From: a virus
Taxonomy: Duplodnaviria; Caudoviricetes
Strand: one strand, 5' to 3'
Length of the DNA: 64,000 bases
Virus record (IMG/VR): IMGVR_UViG_3300009155_000035
Shown: piece by piece, positions 40,040 to 48,877 of the stretch
How positions within the stretch are numbered: position 1 is the first letter of the stretch
Layout of the letters: the number at the start of each line of letters is the position of its first letter
Translations under genes and position numbers: made by a program
Notes under the pieces: generated by a model
Told to the model about the DNA's origin: nothing
Database searches by the model: none
The model's input: the letters and a program-made list of their open reading frames with translations, nothing else

Positions 40040-40093
40040 ACAAGATGCCTGTATTGGGTCTTGTTCGTAAACTTGCTTAATAAGGAGAAAACT
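40040..40093 (+). ncRNA. ROSE-like SD-sequestering 5' UTR
   Basis: Hairpin ACAAGA..TCTTGT, then CTTGCT-TAATA-AGGAG. Confidence 0.55.
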
Positions 40094-40363
40094 ATGTTTA
40101 CAGCCGACACACTTATCGATACCGTACAAACCGGTAAAAAAACTTTGGTGAACACTTTTATCACCAACGAAACAGCCAAAGACGCAATGATCAAATTCAT
40201 TGACGCTCAGTCAGACTACACCAAAAAGGCCGCCAAAGTTAGCATGGACACATTTACTACACTATCTAGTGAAATGGTCAAAGCCAGTCAAAACGCCATG
40301 AAATTTGATTACGTCAAATTTGGTGAAGGCATTATGAAGGCTTACACCGCCAAAGCCAATTAA
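40094..40363 (+). CDS. Phasin-like helical protein
   Basis: MFTADTLIDTVQTGKK...; amphipathic helical pattern; start set by the AGGAG SD; phasin call is inference. Confidence 0.45.
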   Translation: MFTADTLIDTVQTGKKTLVNTFITNETAKDAMIKFIDAQSDYTKKAAKVSMDTFTTLSSEMVKASQNAMKFDYVKFGEGIMKAYTAKAN

Positions 40364-40380
40364 ATCTGACCAAAATCAGG

Positions 40381-40409
40381 TTGACCAGTAATCCTGTTCA
40401 TGTTATATT
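40381..40409 (+). promoter_or_regulatory. Early promoter
   Basis: TTGACC-17-TATATT; ATG 5 nt downstream. Confidence 0.6.
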
Positions 40410-40414
40410 ACAGC

Positions 40415-40627
40415 ATGAGCAGGATTTTTATTATTGTCTCTATATTGATAGCAGGGTGCGCACAGGCTCCAAAAGTACCTGTTGATGTTGCCCTAATTCC
40501 CAACGATTGTGCGAACCGGCATGCCATTATTCGATGGCTTGAATCGGTGCTTGAAACGGATAAAAGCAATGAAAGTGCTATTAAAGCCCGCATTTGGACT
40601 TTGCGTTATAGCTGTCAGCCTGTTTAA
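40415..40627 (+). CDS. Lipoprotein
   Basis: Lipobox LIAGC. Confidence 0.6.
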   Translation: MSRIFIIVSILIAGCAQAPKVPVDVALIPNDCANRHAIIRWLESVLETDKSNESAIKARIWTLRYSCQPV

Positions 40628-40904
40628 TACTGGATGCGCAACTGGGCAATATCAACCCATGGCAGTAGACGACCTTGATCGATTTCAAATTGATTGTCGC
40701 ATCAAAGAACAACAAATCCGTTTCCTTCAAGGCATGAGAGCCACGCAGGATGATAGATTTCTTGCAGGCGCAAACAATTTGGTTCGTCCCTGGGCCATAG
40801 CAACTAATTTCCCAGAATACAAACACCGTGTGTTAGTCAACAACGGATATACTAACTGGAGCATCAATCAACTGTTGATGCGCATATCGCACGATTGCCC
40901 ATGA
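40569..40904 (+). CDS. Putative lipoprotein
   Basis: Hydrophobic N-terminus ending NTGC. Confidence 0.5.
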   Translation: MKVLLKPAFGLCVIAVSLFNTGCATGQYQPMAVDDLDRFQIDCRIKEQQIRFLQGMRATQDDRFLAGANNLVRPWAIATNFPEYKHRVLVNNGYTNWSINQLLMRISHDCP

Positions 40905-41464
40905 AAAAAATTATACCTTTGATGCTGTTGGCTTCTACAGCCCTGGCTGATGATAACTGTGTGTTACAAGAACGCACAGTAACCACAAACTCCACTGTGA
41001 TTTTGGAACGTAGCACTATTCGTCGTGATGTTGTGCCGTACGGTGCCAACCAAAAGAAATGCATAGTTGATTTTCGTGTGAGAATCAAAGGGGAGTGGTA
41101 CACTGCATTTGGTGAACACATTTGGTCGGGCGACACTCCCAGTTCACAAGCCTGTGCTGTTGCAGTCAATCGTGCAGAAGCAGATGCCATTTCCAGAGTT
41201 GCCCGCAGTAGTGTCACAAACGAACGAACCTTGGTGTGCAAGGATAGACCAGAATTAAAAACTCTACGTAACAGTCAAATTGGCACAGTTGGTGATGCTG
41301 GACAGTTTAGGCCACACCCAGACTATCCAAAACGATTTTACCATAATGGTGTCCAGTGTCGCTGGTTCGTAGAACCCTCATTCACTGGCAATGATGTGCG
41401 CATGTTCCAGGGAGTGGTTTGTGAAGTCCAAGATCAGAAATGGGTAGTTGTGGACAAATTTTAA
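40901..41464 (+). CDS. Secreted protein
   Basis: Signal peptide MKKIIPLMLLASTALA; several Cys. Confidence 0.65.
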   Translation: MKKIIPLMLLASTALADDNCVLQERTVTTNSTVILERSTIRRDVVPYGANQKKCIVDFRVRIKGEWYTAFGEHIWSGDTPSSQACAVAVNRAEADAISRVARSSVTNERTLVCKDRPELKTLRNSQIGTVGDAGQFRPHPDYPKRFYHNGVQCRWFVEPSFTGNDVRMFQGVVCEVQDQKWVVVDKF

Positions 41465-41465
41465 C

Positions 41466-41494
41466 TTGACTGGATATTGCGTTTCTTGTACAAT
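41466..41494 (+). promoter_or_regulatory. Early promoter
   Basis: TTGACT-17-TACAAT. Confidence 0.65.
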
Positions 41495-41525
41495 TGTGTT
41501 ATGTTAAAATTACCAGGAGGTAAAA

Positions 41526-41654
41526 ATGGGCAAATTTATAGCAGGCACAATTTTTGGAATTGCGCTAGCCACAGTGGGATTCAGTGGCATCGCTAGAATC
41601 ATGGATCGAGGTGTTGACACTGTAAAAACACAAACTCAGGAAATTGCACGATGA
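41526..41654 (+). CDS. Small membrane protein (42 aa)
   Basis: AGGAGG SD; MGKFIAGTIFGIALATVGFSG... Confidence 0.65.
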   Translation: MGKFIAGTIFGIALATVGFSGIARIMDRGVDTVKTQTQEIAR

Positions 41655-41773
41655 AACATTTGATTATGATTGCTGTATTAGCAGTGCTCACAGGATGTGG
41701 AACTATGGGCGGTATGGTCGGTGGTGCAGGCGACGACCTTAAAAAAGCCGGCGATTGGATTAAAACTCGTTAA
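41651..41773 (+). CDS. Entericidin-like small lipoprotein (40 aa)
   Basis: MKHLIMIAVLAVLTGCGTMGGMVGGAGDDLKKAGDWIKTR. Confidence 0.65.
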   Translation: MKHLIMIAVLAVLTGCGTMGGMVGGAGDDLKKAGDWIKTR

Positions 41774-41781
41774 GGATAATC

Positions 41782-42357
41782 ATGAAAAACTTTATTGTAT
41801 TGGCTGTTGTATCAACGCTGGCAGCTTGTAGTTCTGCTCCCAAAGACACGTTTGAACGCAGGGCTTACGAAGAACAACGACAGCAAGAGAAGAACGTTGA
41901 ACGTGCAATTGATCAAGCACCCAAGTGGATGACTGAACTTCCCAAGTCAGCTTCTGCGGTGTACCAAAATGGTACCTCTGTTAGCCCCGATATGAGCATG
42001 AGCGTTAGCAAGGCCAAGACTGTGGCCTTTGGTAAAATTTGTATGGCAGCAGGCGGCAAAGTAAATCAGCAAAGCAAAATTTATCGCACCGACAGTGACA
42101 ATGCCAGCACTGAATTTTCTGAACTGGCTATCAAGAGCTTTTGTCCCAATGTGGACATCACTGGAGTAGAGGTAGTAGAAACCAAGATGGTATCTGAGGG
42201 CAGTCGATTTAGAACTTACGTACTGATTGCATTGCCCACCGGACCGGCCAATCCCATGGCACGTGAGCGAGATGCACGAGAACAACGCAGGATCGCTGAA
42301 ACACGCAGTCGTGAAGCATTTAAAGAGATGGAACAAACATCCAAACAGCCACAGTGA
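41782..42357 (+). CDS. Lipoprotein
   Basis: Lipobox LAAC; PKWM. Confidence 0.7.
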   Translation: MKNFIVLAVVSTLAACSSAPKDTFERRAYEEQRQQEKNVERAIDQAPKWMTELPKSASAVYQNGTSVSPDMSMSVSKAKTVAFGKICMAAGGKVNQQSKIYRTDSDNASTEFSELAIKSFCPNVDITGVEVVETKMVSEGSRFRTYVLIALPTGPANPMARERDAREQRRIAETRSREAFKEMEQTSKQPQ

Positions 42358-42374
42358 GTTAAGTGGTGCATGAC

Positions 42375-42398
42375 AAAACCGGGCATTGCCCGGTTTTT
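42375..42398. terminator. Bidirectional terminator
   Basis: AAAACCGGGC-att-GCCCGGTTTTT. Confidence 0.85.
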
Positions 42399-42401
42399 CT
42401 C

Positions 42402-43133
42402 TTAATAAGTTAAGTGTTCATTTGTTTTGAAAGGCTTGCCCAAGCAGGCATTGTCAAGCTGACACATCACTTTGTGTCTTAGGCGCCGAATAATTTTGTG
42501 TTTGGTGTCCCAGTTGAATGCTTTTAAGTATCGATAATAAGATGTGCGTTTGTGACGTCGTGCATTACAGCTTGCCAGGTACTGACCAATGGTGTCGGGA
42601 TCGTACCCAAATCTCTCAATCATTTCGCAGGCAATGTTAAAACTAAATGCGCCCATTTCATCAGTGTCACCGTAGTACTCTTGTTCTCGACGATCTTTAG
42701 CACGTTCAGCTGTGCTCAGATATCCAGGTATGGCTTTGAACTTTCTTGCTCGATATTGCCGCATGTGTACAACTTCGTGCAATATAGTATCAGCAAACAA
42801 ACGACACATCCGTTGAAATCGATATTTTGTTAGATATATCTTTTCGTCAAGAATGTTGTAGTTGAAGTTGACCTCTATGGGTCTTGACTGGTGCTTGCAA
42901 TCGATATTGCTATAGTACATGCCACCAATGTAAATCCAACCTGGGTCGGTGGTTGTGTCTTTGAGATTCTTTACACGGATGGGAAGATTACGCCGAATAT
43001 GGCTGCTCAAGATTTTTTGAATTTGTGCCACAGGTATTTCGCGATTGGTCACTTGGTTGCATATTGAATACAACAAGCTATACAAATTATCACGAGTTAA
43101 CAAAGCCCAATTATACGGTTTTCGATTTGACAC
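42402..43133 (-). CDS. HExxH (zincin-like) protein
   Basis: TILHEVVHMRQY...Y..DTDEMGAF. Confidence 0.55.
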   Translation of the reverse strand: MSNRKPYNWALLTRDNLYSLLYSICNQVTNREIPVAQIQKILSSHIRRNLPIRVKNLKDTTTDPGWIYIGGMYYSNIDCKHQSRPIEVNFNYNILDEKIYLTKYRFQRMCRLFADTILHEVVHMRQYRARKFKAIPGYLSTAERAKDRREQEYYGDTDEMGAFSFNIACEMIERFGYDPDTIGQYLASCNARRHKRTSYYRYLKAFNWDTKHKIIRRLRHKVMCQLDNACLGKPFKTNEHLTY

Positions 43134-43189
43134 AGTTATCTCCCACGTACATTATTACTTAGTGTACTAGAAGATTTGGGCATAGTCAA

Positions 43190-44551
43190 TTAATCGCTGA
43201 CCTGATAACCAATTTTGCCCTTGTCTTCTTGAGCCGAGCTCTTGGTTCTAAGCTTGACTTGGCCGTCAATTTGAGCAGGCCAGAACGCTTTGGTAACAAG
43301 TTTGCCATTCTTGATGTTACTGTAAATCTGCACAAAGTTAAATCCCAAACTGGTTAGAATAGCTTCGCGGAAGTTAGGCACAGCACCTGCATTGACCAGT
43401 TTCATTACGTCGTTAATCACAGCATAAAATACCTTGCCGCCATCGGTGGCATTGCCATTTGCCACTTGCGGGCTTAGTCTAGAAGCAGTGGCTTTCATTA
43501 ATTTCGGAGGTAACTTTCCTCCGTTGTGCTTAAAGCTAGTGACAATGTCTTGCACTTCGTCTGGCTGCCAGGGCAAATATGGGCGCCAGGCTTCGGGCAC
43601 TAATTCGGGCTGATATTGATAAAACCAGTTCATCAGCGCAAATGGTTGCGTTACACCACTGAGTCCTGGTTCTTGTGCTTTCTTGATAAAGCTATAGGCT
43701 TCGGGATATTTTTTCTTTAAAAAATCCGGTACCTTGAGTGATGTCAGTGCTGGTGGTGCGCCTTTTCCAGCAGCCTTGCTGGACATGGCAAGAGCATTAC
43801 CTGTTGCACGATTTAACAATCCATAACTGTCAGCAATGGGGTTATTGCTGGCCTTGGGAAAATACAACAACAAGCTTCCTAGATCTTGACCAACCCACTC
43901 TAAAAATGATTCTCGCTTGGGAAAGTCAGCAACACCATTCAACACACTCATTACACCCAAGAATTCACTTGCGTACAATTCAATGGCTTTTTGTTCTTGT
44001 GCGCTGAGATTGGGTGGTACTGTTGGTACTTGACCTTGCGTGATTTGTTTGGCCATGGCAATAACAGCATCGCCTACTTGACCCAGGTCTTTTAAATGAG
44101 AGCTAGCAATTTTATTGTAGATATCACTGGCAGGAAAACCACCAAAGTCCAAAATGGTTTGTACGCCAGACTCTAACTTTTCAGGGTCTACGTCAGTGCT
44201 GGGGAAAACATCTGACGGCTTGATAGGAATGCCTTCACTTTCTTTGCTGCCAAATTCTACAGTTTTTTGCAGTTCAGTATTCTTAACTGGAGTACCATCA
44301 ATGGTTTGCATGTTAATCACACCCGACGGCCCGCTTTTTAACCAAGCAGTTACATTTTTTGCTTCTTTGGGATCAATGGTTACTTCATCACCACTGACAG
44401 TGGTAAATGGCAGTTTATTGATGACCTTGTAAAGAAATAACTCTTGACGAGTGAATGGCTTTCCAGTCTTGGGATTTTTGACCCCACTTAGCTTGTTAGC
44501 CGGTATTTCGTTTGCCCCTAGCTTGGCCTCGGTTAAATCTTGTAATCGCAT
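43190..44551 (-). CDS. Hypothetical protein
   Basis: Start reassigned to MRLQDLTE, 4 nt after TAAATA (44556-44561). Confidence 0.6.
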   Translation of the reverse strand: MRLQDLTEAKLGANEIPANKLSGVKNPKTGKPFTRQELFLYKVINKLPFTTVSGDEVTIDPKEAKNVTAWLKSGPSGVINMQTIDGTPVKNTELQKTVEFGSKESEGIPIKPSDVFPSTDVDPEKLESGVQTILDFGGFPASDIYNKIASSHLKDLGQVGDAVIAMAKQITQGQVPTVPPNLSAQEQKAIELYASEFLGVMSVLNGVADFPKRESFLEWVGQDLGSLLLYFPKASNNPIADSYGLLNRATGNALAMSSKAAGKGAPPALTSLKVPDFLKKKYPEAYSFIKKAQEPGLSGVTQPFALMNWFYQYQPELVPEAWRPYLPWQPDEVQDIVTSFKHNGGKLPPKLMKATASRLSPQVANGNATDGGKVFYAVINDVMKLVNAGAVPNFREAILTSLGFNFVQIYSNIKNGKLVTKAFWPAQIDGQVKLRTKSSAQEDKGKIGYQVSD

Positions 44552-44582
44552 GGTGTATTTATTACAATAAATAGATGCCACT

Positions 44583-45563
44583 ATGATAACAATTCCTATT
44601 AGAACCTGTGGAGATCACTGGATCAACGTTGAAGAAGTTAAAACACAGCTTGAAAACGCTGGTAGCGCAAGTGCTATTGAATTAGACTTTTTTTGCGAAG
44701 GCAGTAGTCTCGACGCCCTGGGCATCACACCAGTGGTATTAGATCATTGCTTGAAACACAACATAAGTCCTGACAAAATAATCATTGCCAACTGGCCTAA
44801 CTCAGTTGAAGACATACCTTTCCAGCGCAAATATATGCCCTTGATGAGTCACTTTTTTTGGCTCAGCGAGCGTTACTGGTGCGACATTGTACCTTCAACA
44901 CATCAGTACAGATTTGGTTATTTTGTCGGAAGGCGGACTCCGTCACGAGCCACAATGTTGTACGAACTCTATCATCAACATCGTGACAATTTCCTGTTCA
45001 GTGTTATGGGTCAGTTGCCACCCATGCCCTGGGATACAGCGCCAGATGGCAACTATGCTGAACAACTAGACCAGTGGGTCAACCCTAATAAACAAGAACA
45101 ATTTGTACAGTGGTGGCGTAACTGTCCCGTGCCCAGTATCGACAGCACATTTATCAATCATCAATATGATCCAAGGTTTAATACCAATCAGAGTTTGATA
45201 TCTCATTACGACCAGTTTGATATTGAACTGGTTGCTGAAACATTTACCCTGGGCACAGCATTCTTTCCCACAGAAAAAACAATACGTCCCTTGGTGACCG
45301 GGAAGCCCATAATTGTATACGGGCCTGCAAATTATTTGTCCCGACTAAAAAATCTTGGATTTAAAACATTTAACAGTGCATGGGACGAAAGTTATGATCA
45401 ATATCAAGGTCCTGAGAGATGGCATAAAATACACAATGTGATTAGCACATTCTTGAGTAACCCTCAAGATGAACAGCTAGACATAGTTGCCAGTGTGCAA
45501 CCAATTGTTGAACACAATCGTCGTAATTTAATAAAAATAATTGGAAAATATAAACCTTTATGA
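44583..45563 (+). CDS. Putative glycosyltransferase-like protein (paralog 3)
   Basis: ELVAET...FFPTEKTIRPL..GKP...GFKTF...DESYD. Confidence 0.5.
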   Translation: MITIPIRTCGDHWINVEEVKTQLENAGSASAIELDFFCEGSSLDALGITPVVLDHCLKHNISPDKIIIANWPNSVEDIPFQRKYMPLMSHFFWLSERYWCDIVPSTHQYRFGYFVGRRTPSRATMLYELYHQHRDNFLFSVMGQLPPMPWDTAPDGNYAEQLDQWVNPNKQEQFVQWWRNCPVPSIDSTFINHQYDPRFNTNQSLISHYDQFDIELVAETFTLGTAFFPTEKTIRPLVTGKPIIVYGPANYLSRLKNLGFKTFNSAWDESYDQYQGPERWHKIHNVISTFLSNPQDEQLDIVASVQPIVEHNRRNLIKIIGKYKPL

Positions 45564-46552
45564 TTGTACATACTGTTGACGAAGGCTGGGGACTTGATTG
45601 GCCAATCAAACAATTTGAAAAAGAAATTCTGGACCAGTACCTAGCACCAATAAGAAACGACTCCTCAAAAACTGTGTTGATCAACAGTGTGTGGTATACC
45701 ACTGATTTACATCAACAAACATTATCACAACTAAGACACATGGATTTTAATCGAATTGTTCTTGTGTCTACACTAGACTGTTCTATCCCACAGCCGGACT
45801 GGTTTGCAGAATTCAATTGTGAAGTAATTGGAGTTGGGTATTATCCGGGTGAAGGTTACATTGATTTGTGGGCTCTTGTTGTTGACAAATATTTTAATCT
45901 TGAAAAATACACGTTTGGAGATGCATCGGCAATTGACACGGCATACATGTGCTTGAACAGAAAACCCCACCATCACCGACGTCGTTTATATAAACAGTTA
46001 ACAAGTGCAAATCTGCTGGATCAAGGCATAGTAAGTCTAGGTGGCGACGAAAACTATCCTGCACAACGCATATTGACACTTGATGACGGAATGTCATATA
46101 TTGCACCAAACCCCGGCAAAGAACAACACGGCATTGCTAATGACATTGCCAGTCTAGGACACCCAGAAAATTGGCAAAGACACTTTTTAAATGTGGTGAC
46201 TGAAACAGTATGGGATATCAGCAAACTGCATTTTGTCAGTGAAAAAATATTTAAACCCATTGTTGGGGAAAAGCCGTTTATATTGTACGATCCCACCGGC
46301 GGAGACACATGGTTTCGCGACAGAGGATTTGCTACCTTCTATCAAGATTTCGGTGACATAACTGACTTGGACATTGCCAAAGATACAAATCAACCGCTGT
46401 TTTTACAAGCTCTTTGCAAGCAACCAAAAAGTTATTTGAGCTCCAAATACGTTGCATTGCAAGACAAAATCCTGTACAATAAACATAGATTCAGTGAATA
46501 CGTAGCTGAACAAAAGACCAAAATTAAACAAGGAATACAATGCCAAATCTAG
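45560..46552 (+). CDS. Putative glycosyltransferase-like protein (paralog 4)
   Basis: CLNRKP...NVVTET...[14 protein letters not shown]...GFATF. Confidence 0.5.
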   Translation: MIVHTVDEGWGLDWPIKQFEKEILDQYLAPIRNDSSKTVLINSVWYTTDLHQQTLSQLRHMDFNRIVLVSTLDCSIPQPDWFAEFNCEVIGVGYYPGEGYIDLWALVVDKYFNLEKYTFGDASAIDTAYMCLNRKPHHHRRRLYKQLTSANLLDQGIVSLGGDENYPAQRILTLDDGMSYIAPNPGKEQHGIANDIASLGHPENWQRHFLNVVTETVWDISKLHFVSEKIFKPIVGEKPFILYDPTGGDTWFRDRGFATFYQDFGDITDLDIAKDTNQPLFLQALCKQPKSYLSSKYVALQDKILYNKHRFSEYVAEQKTKIKQGIQCQI

Positions 46553-47133
46553 TACCAATGGTTCTTGAACAAACAAGCAAGGGTGAACGCAGTTACGACA
46601 TCTACAGTCGCTTGCTAAGAGATCGTGTTATTTTGCTTGAAGGTGAAGTGCATGATCAAATGGCAAATTTAGTTGTTGCTCAGTTGTTGTATCTAGAGAG
46701 TGAAGACCCAGACAAAGACATCAGCTTGTATATCAACAGTCCCGGTGGGTCAGTGACAGCTGGAATGGCCATTTACGATGCCATGCAGTTTATCCGTTCT
46801 GATGTGCAAACCATTGTCATGGGACAGGCCTGCTCCATGGGGTCATTGTTGGCACAATCTGGTGCCAGGGGCAAGCGCAGTATTCTACCCAATGCTCGTC
46901 ACATGATTCACCAGCCCTCGGGTGGCGCACGTGGTCAGGCCACTGACATGGAAATTCAAGTACGAGAGATTTTAGCTATGAAGAAGAGTTTAACCCAGAT
47001 CTATGTTGATCACAACAGTGCTGAGAAAACCTTTGACGAACTCAGCCGAGACATGGAACGTGATAACTTTATGACAGCCGAACAGGCTGTGGCTTATGGG
47101 CTAGCCGATAAAGTCATCAATCGACGCAGTTAA
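46540..47133 (+). CDS. clpP: ATP-dependent Clp protease proteolytic subunit
   Basis: [20 protein letters not shown] (Ser), MIHQP (His), RDNFM (Asp). Confidence 0.97.
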   Translation: MPNLVPMVLEQTSKGERSYDIYSRLLRDRVILLEGEVHDQMANLVVAQLLYLESEDPDKDISLYINSPGGSVTAGMAIYDAMQFIRSDVQTIVMGQACSMGSLLAQSGARGKRSILPNARHMIHQPSGGARGQATDMEIQVREILAMKKSLTQIYVDHNSAEKTFDELSRDMERDNFMTAEQAVAYGLADKVINRRS

Positions 47134-47231
47134 ATCCAGCCTGCAAATTCATCGGGATCAATGATGGGATGAACTTCCCATCCGTCCCGAGCCCAACGTA
47201 ATAGCATCAAAAGTGAGTCCAAATAGTTCAT
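47130..47231 (-). CDS. Small protein (33 aa)
   Basis: [33 protein letters not shown]; AAGGAG SD. Confidence 0.6.
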   Translation of the reverse strand: MNYLDSLLMLLRWARDGWEVHPIIDPDEFAGWI

Positions 47232-47244
47232 TAATACAACTCCT

Positions 47245-47349
47245 TTACTTCCAATAATGGTATCTGCTGGCGGGACTTTGGCGATATTCGTGGATTATCT
47301 CTGCCCAAGACATTAATCCGTTAATGAATTTATTTAGAATATGTTTCAT
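47245..47349 (-). CDS. Small protein (34 aa)
   Basis: MKHILNKFINGLMSWAEIIHEYRQ...; ATGA overlap with the upstream ORF. Confidence 0.5.
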   Translation of the reverse strand: MKHILNKFINGLMSWAEIIHEYRQSPASRYHYWK

Positions 47350-47501
47350 AATCCGTAGTCCTTTTGATTATAACGTTCGATCCAGTAATTGACTTCGCCT
47401 TCACTTTGAATGTTTTTTGATTTTAAATACTGCTCTAAACGAGTTTGATAATCTTGTTTGGGGAACATTTCTGCTAATCTCTCTAATAGTCGTGCTATCA
47501 T
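47346..47501 (-). CDS. DUF3563-like small protein (51 aa)
   Basis: MIARLLERLAEMFPKQDYQTRLEQYLKSK...EVNYWIERY; AAGGAG SD; family name from recall. Confidence 0.6.
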   Translation of the reverse strand: MIARLLERLAEMFPKQDYQTRLEQYLKSKNIQSEGEVNYWIERYNQKDYGL

Positions 47502-47543
47502 ATTTTCTCCTTGTTAATGTAGATACTCGTGGTTTCTACGGAG

Positions 47544-47562
47544 TATTTATGTTGCATTGCAA
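47544..47562 (-). promoter_or_regulatory. TTGC-N3-GCAA box fused to TAAATA late promoter (copy 2)
   Basis: Reverse complement identical 19/19 to 40005-40023. Confidence 0.7.
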
Positions 47563-47624
47563 CAACACTCGTGGTTTCTACTGAGTGTTGCACAAACACA
47601 ACACCAAAAAACACCAGATTTCAG

Positions 47625-47677
47625 TTGACCAGAATCTGCTCATTTGCTATAATAGAAGCATAGTAAGAAACAAAGGA
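47625..47677 (+). promoter_or_regulatory. Early promoter cassette
   Basis: TTGACC-17-TATAAT, then AGAAGCATAGTAAGAAACAAAGGA (30 nt identical to 62495-62524). Confidence 0.85.
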
Positions 47678-47684
47678 ACTTTAG

Positions 47685-47963
47685 ATGTCATACGTAATCG
47701 TTGCTAGAGGTACAGGTCTTATCGTTACAGACGGTCCTAACAAAACTCGTGCCTACAAAACTTATGGTGCCGCCCGTGCCACTCGCACCCGTCTCTGCCG
47801 CAAAGCAGGTTGGAGTGCCGGTGATTTGAGCATTGTGGCTCGCGACACTTATGTGGCGCCCAAAATCACAGTTAAGAATTTGATGACGGGCAAGCCCGTG
47901 GAAATTGACGCAGACACCCCTTGGTGTTGCAATCCTGCCAGCGAAACTTATTGGAGCATGTGA
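47685..47963 (+). CDS. Early hypothetical protein
   Basis: Follows promoter/SD; ends CCNPASETYWSM. Confidence 0.7.
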   Translation: MSYVIVARGTGLIVTDGPNKTRAYKTYGAARATRTRLCRKAGWSAGDLSIVARDTYVAPKITVKNLMTGKPVEIDADTPWCCNPASETYWSM

Positions 47964-47964
47964 T

Positions 47965-48108
47965 ATGAAGGTTGTTTATAACAGTTTATTGTCGGGTTGG
48001 TTCATTGTGCGCGGCGCACATCAAACCCCCATCTCGGGACGTTTTGAAACCAAAGAACAGGCCCTGGCCCACTTGCGCCGACGCGACCCTTTTCATACTG
48101 GGTTGTAA
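47965..48108 (+). CDS. Small early protein
   Basis: MKVVYNSLLSGWFIVRG...; start reassigned. Confidence 0.55.
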   Translation: MKVVYNSLLSGWFIVRGAHQTPISGRFETKEQALAHLRRRDPFHTGL

Positions 48109-48156
48109 AAATACAACACATTTCTGGTTGACCAGAAATACATCATTTGCTATAAT
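48102..48156 (+). promoter_or_regulatory. Early promoter with GTTG-N8-CAAC operator
   Basis: GTTG taaaaata CAAC, 10 bp, TTGACC-17-TATAAT. Confidence 0.85.
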
Positions 48157-48188
48157 AGAAACATACAGTAACGAAACAGGAGCGAAGC

Positions 48189-48419
48189 ATGAACGAGCGA
48201 CTAGCTCAACTCAAAGCCGCTACAGAAAAGGTAACTGTTCGTAATCCTGACCAGTTTGCCGAAGTGTTTGGCAGGCTCATGATGAATGATTTAGCAAAGA
48301 TCCTGGAAGACATCCAAAACAACGAAATTGGTGAGGTCAAAATGAACATGGACACTCACTTGGGTTGGCAGATCGCACTTGCTGAAGTTAATGTTAGACT
48401 GCAGAAATATTTCAAATAA
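48189..48419 (+). CDS. Early hypothetical protein
   Basis: AGGAG SD. Confidence 0.6.
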   Translation: MNERLAQLKAATEKVTVRNPDQFAEVFGRLMMNDLAKILEDIQNNEIGEVKMNMDTHLGWQIALAEVNVRLQKYFK

Positions 48420-48430
48420 AGGAGTTTAAA

Positions 48431-48877
48431 ATGGGCACACGTTCAAGAATTGGCGTCATGCATGGCGACATTTGCAAATCAGTTTACTGTCATTGGGACG
48501 GCTATTTGGCTCACAATGGCCAGATCTTGCAAGAGCACTATGACAGTGCCAAGGCCAATAACTTGGTGGCACTAGGCGACTTGTCCACCCTGCGTGAAAA
48601 CGTCATGGTTCCCGATGGTGTTGATCATAGTTTTGAAAAGCCCTTGGCTGGTATCACGGTGTTTTACGGTCGTGACCGTGGCGAGACTGATGTAGAATTC
48701 AAAGTGGCACATTCTTTTGACGAGTTCTTGACACAGGTTGATAACTGTGGTGGCGAGTATTACTATGTCATGCAAAATGGTCAATGGTACTGTGGTAGCA
48801 TGTACGGTGAGCTCAACGGGCGTTTGGTTCTGTTGAGTGAGGCATTGGAATCTCTCAAAGTAGCGGAGGAAGCATGA
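48431..48877 (+). CDS. Early hypothetical protein
   Basis: MGTRSRIG...YCHWDGY; AAGGAG SD. Confidence 0.7.
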   Translation: MGTRSRIGVMHGDICKSVYCHWDGYLAHNGQILQEHYDSAKANNLVALGDLSTLRENVMVPDGVDHSFEKPLAGITVFYGRDRGETDVEFKVAHSFDEFLTQVDNCGGEYYYVMQNGQWYCGSMYGELNGRLVLLSEALESLKVAEEA

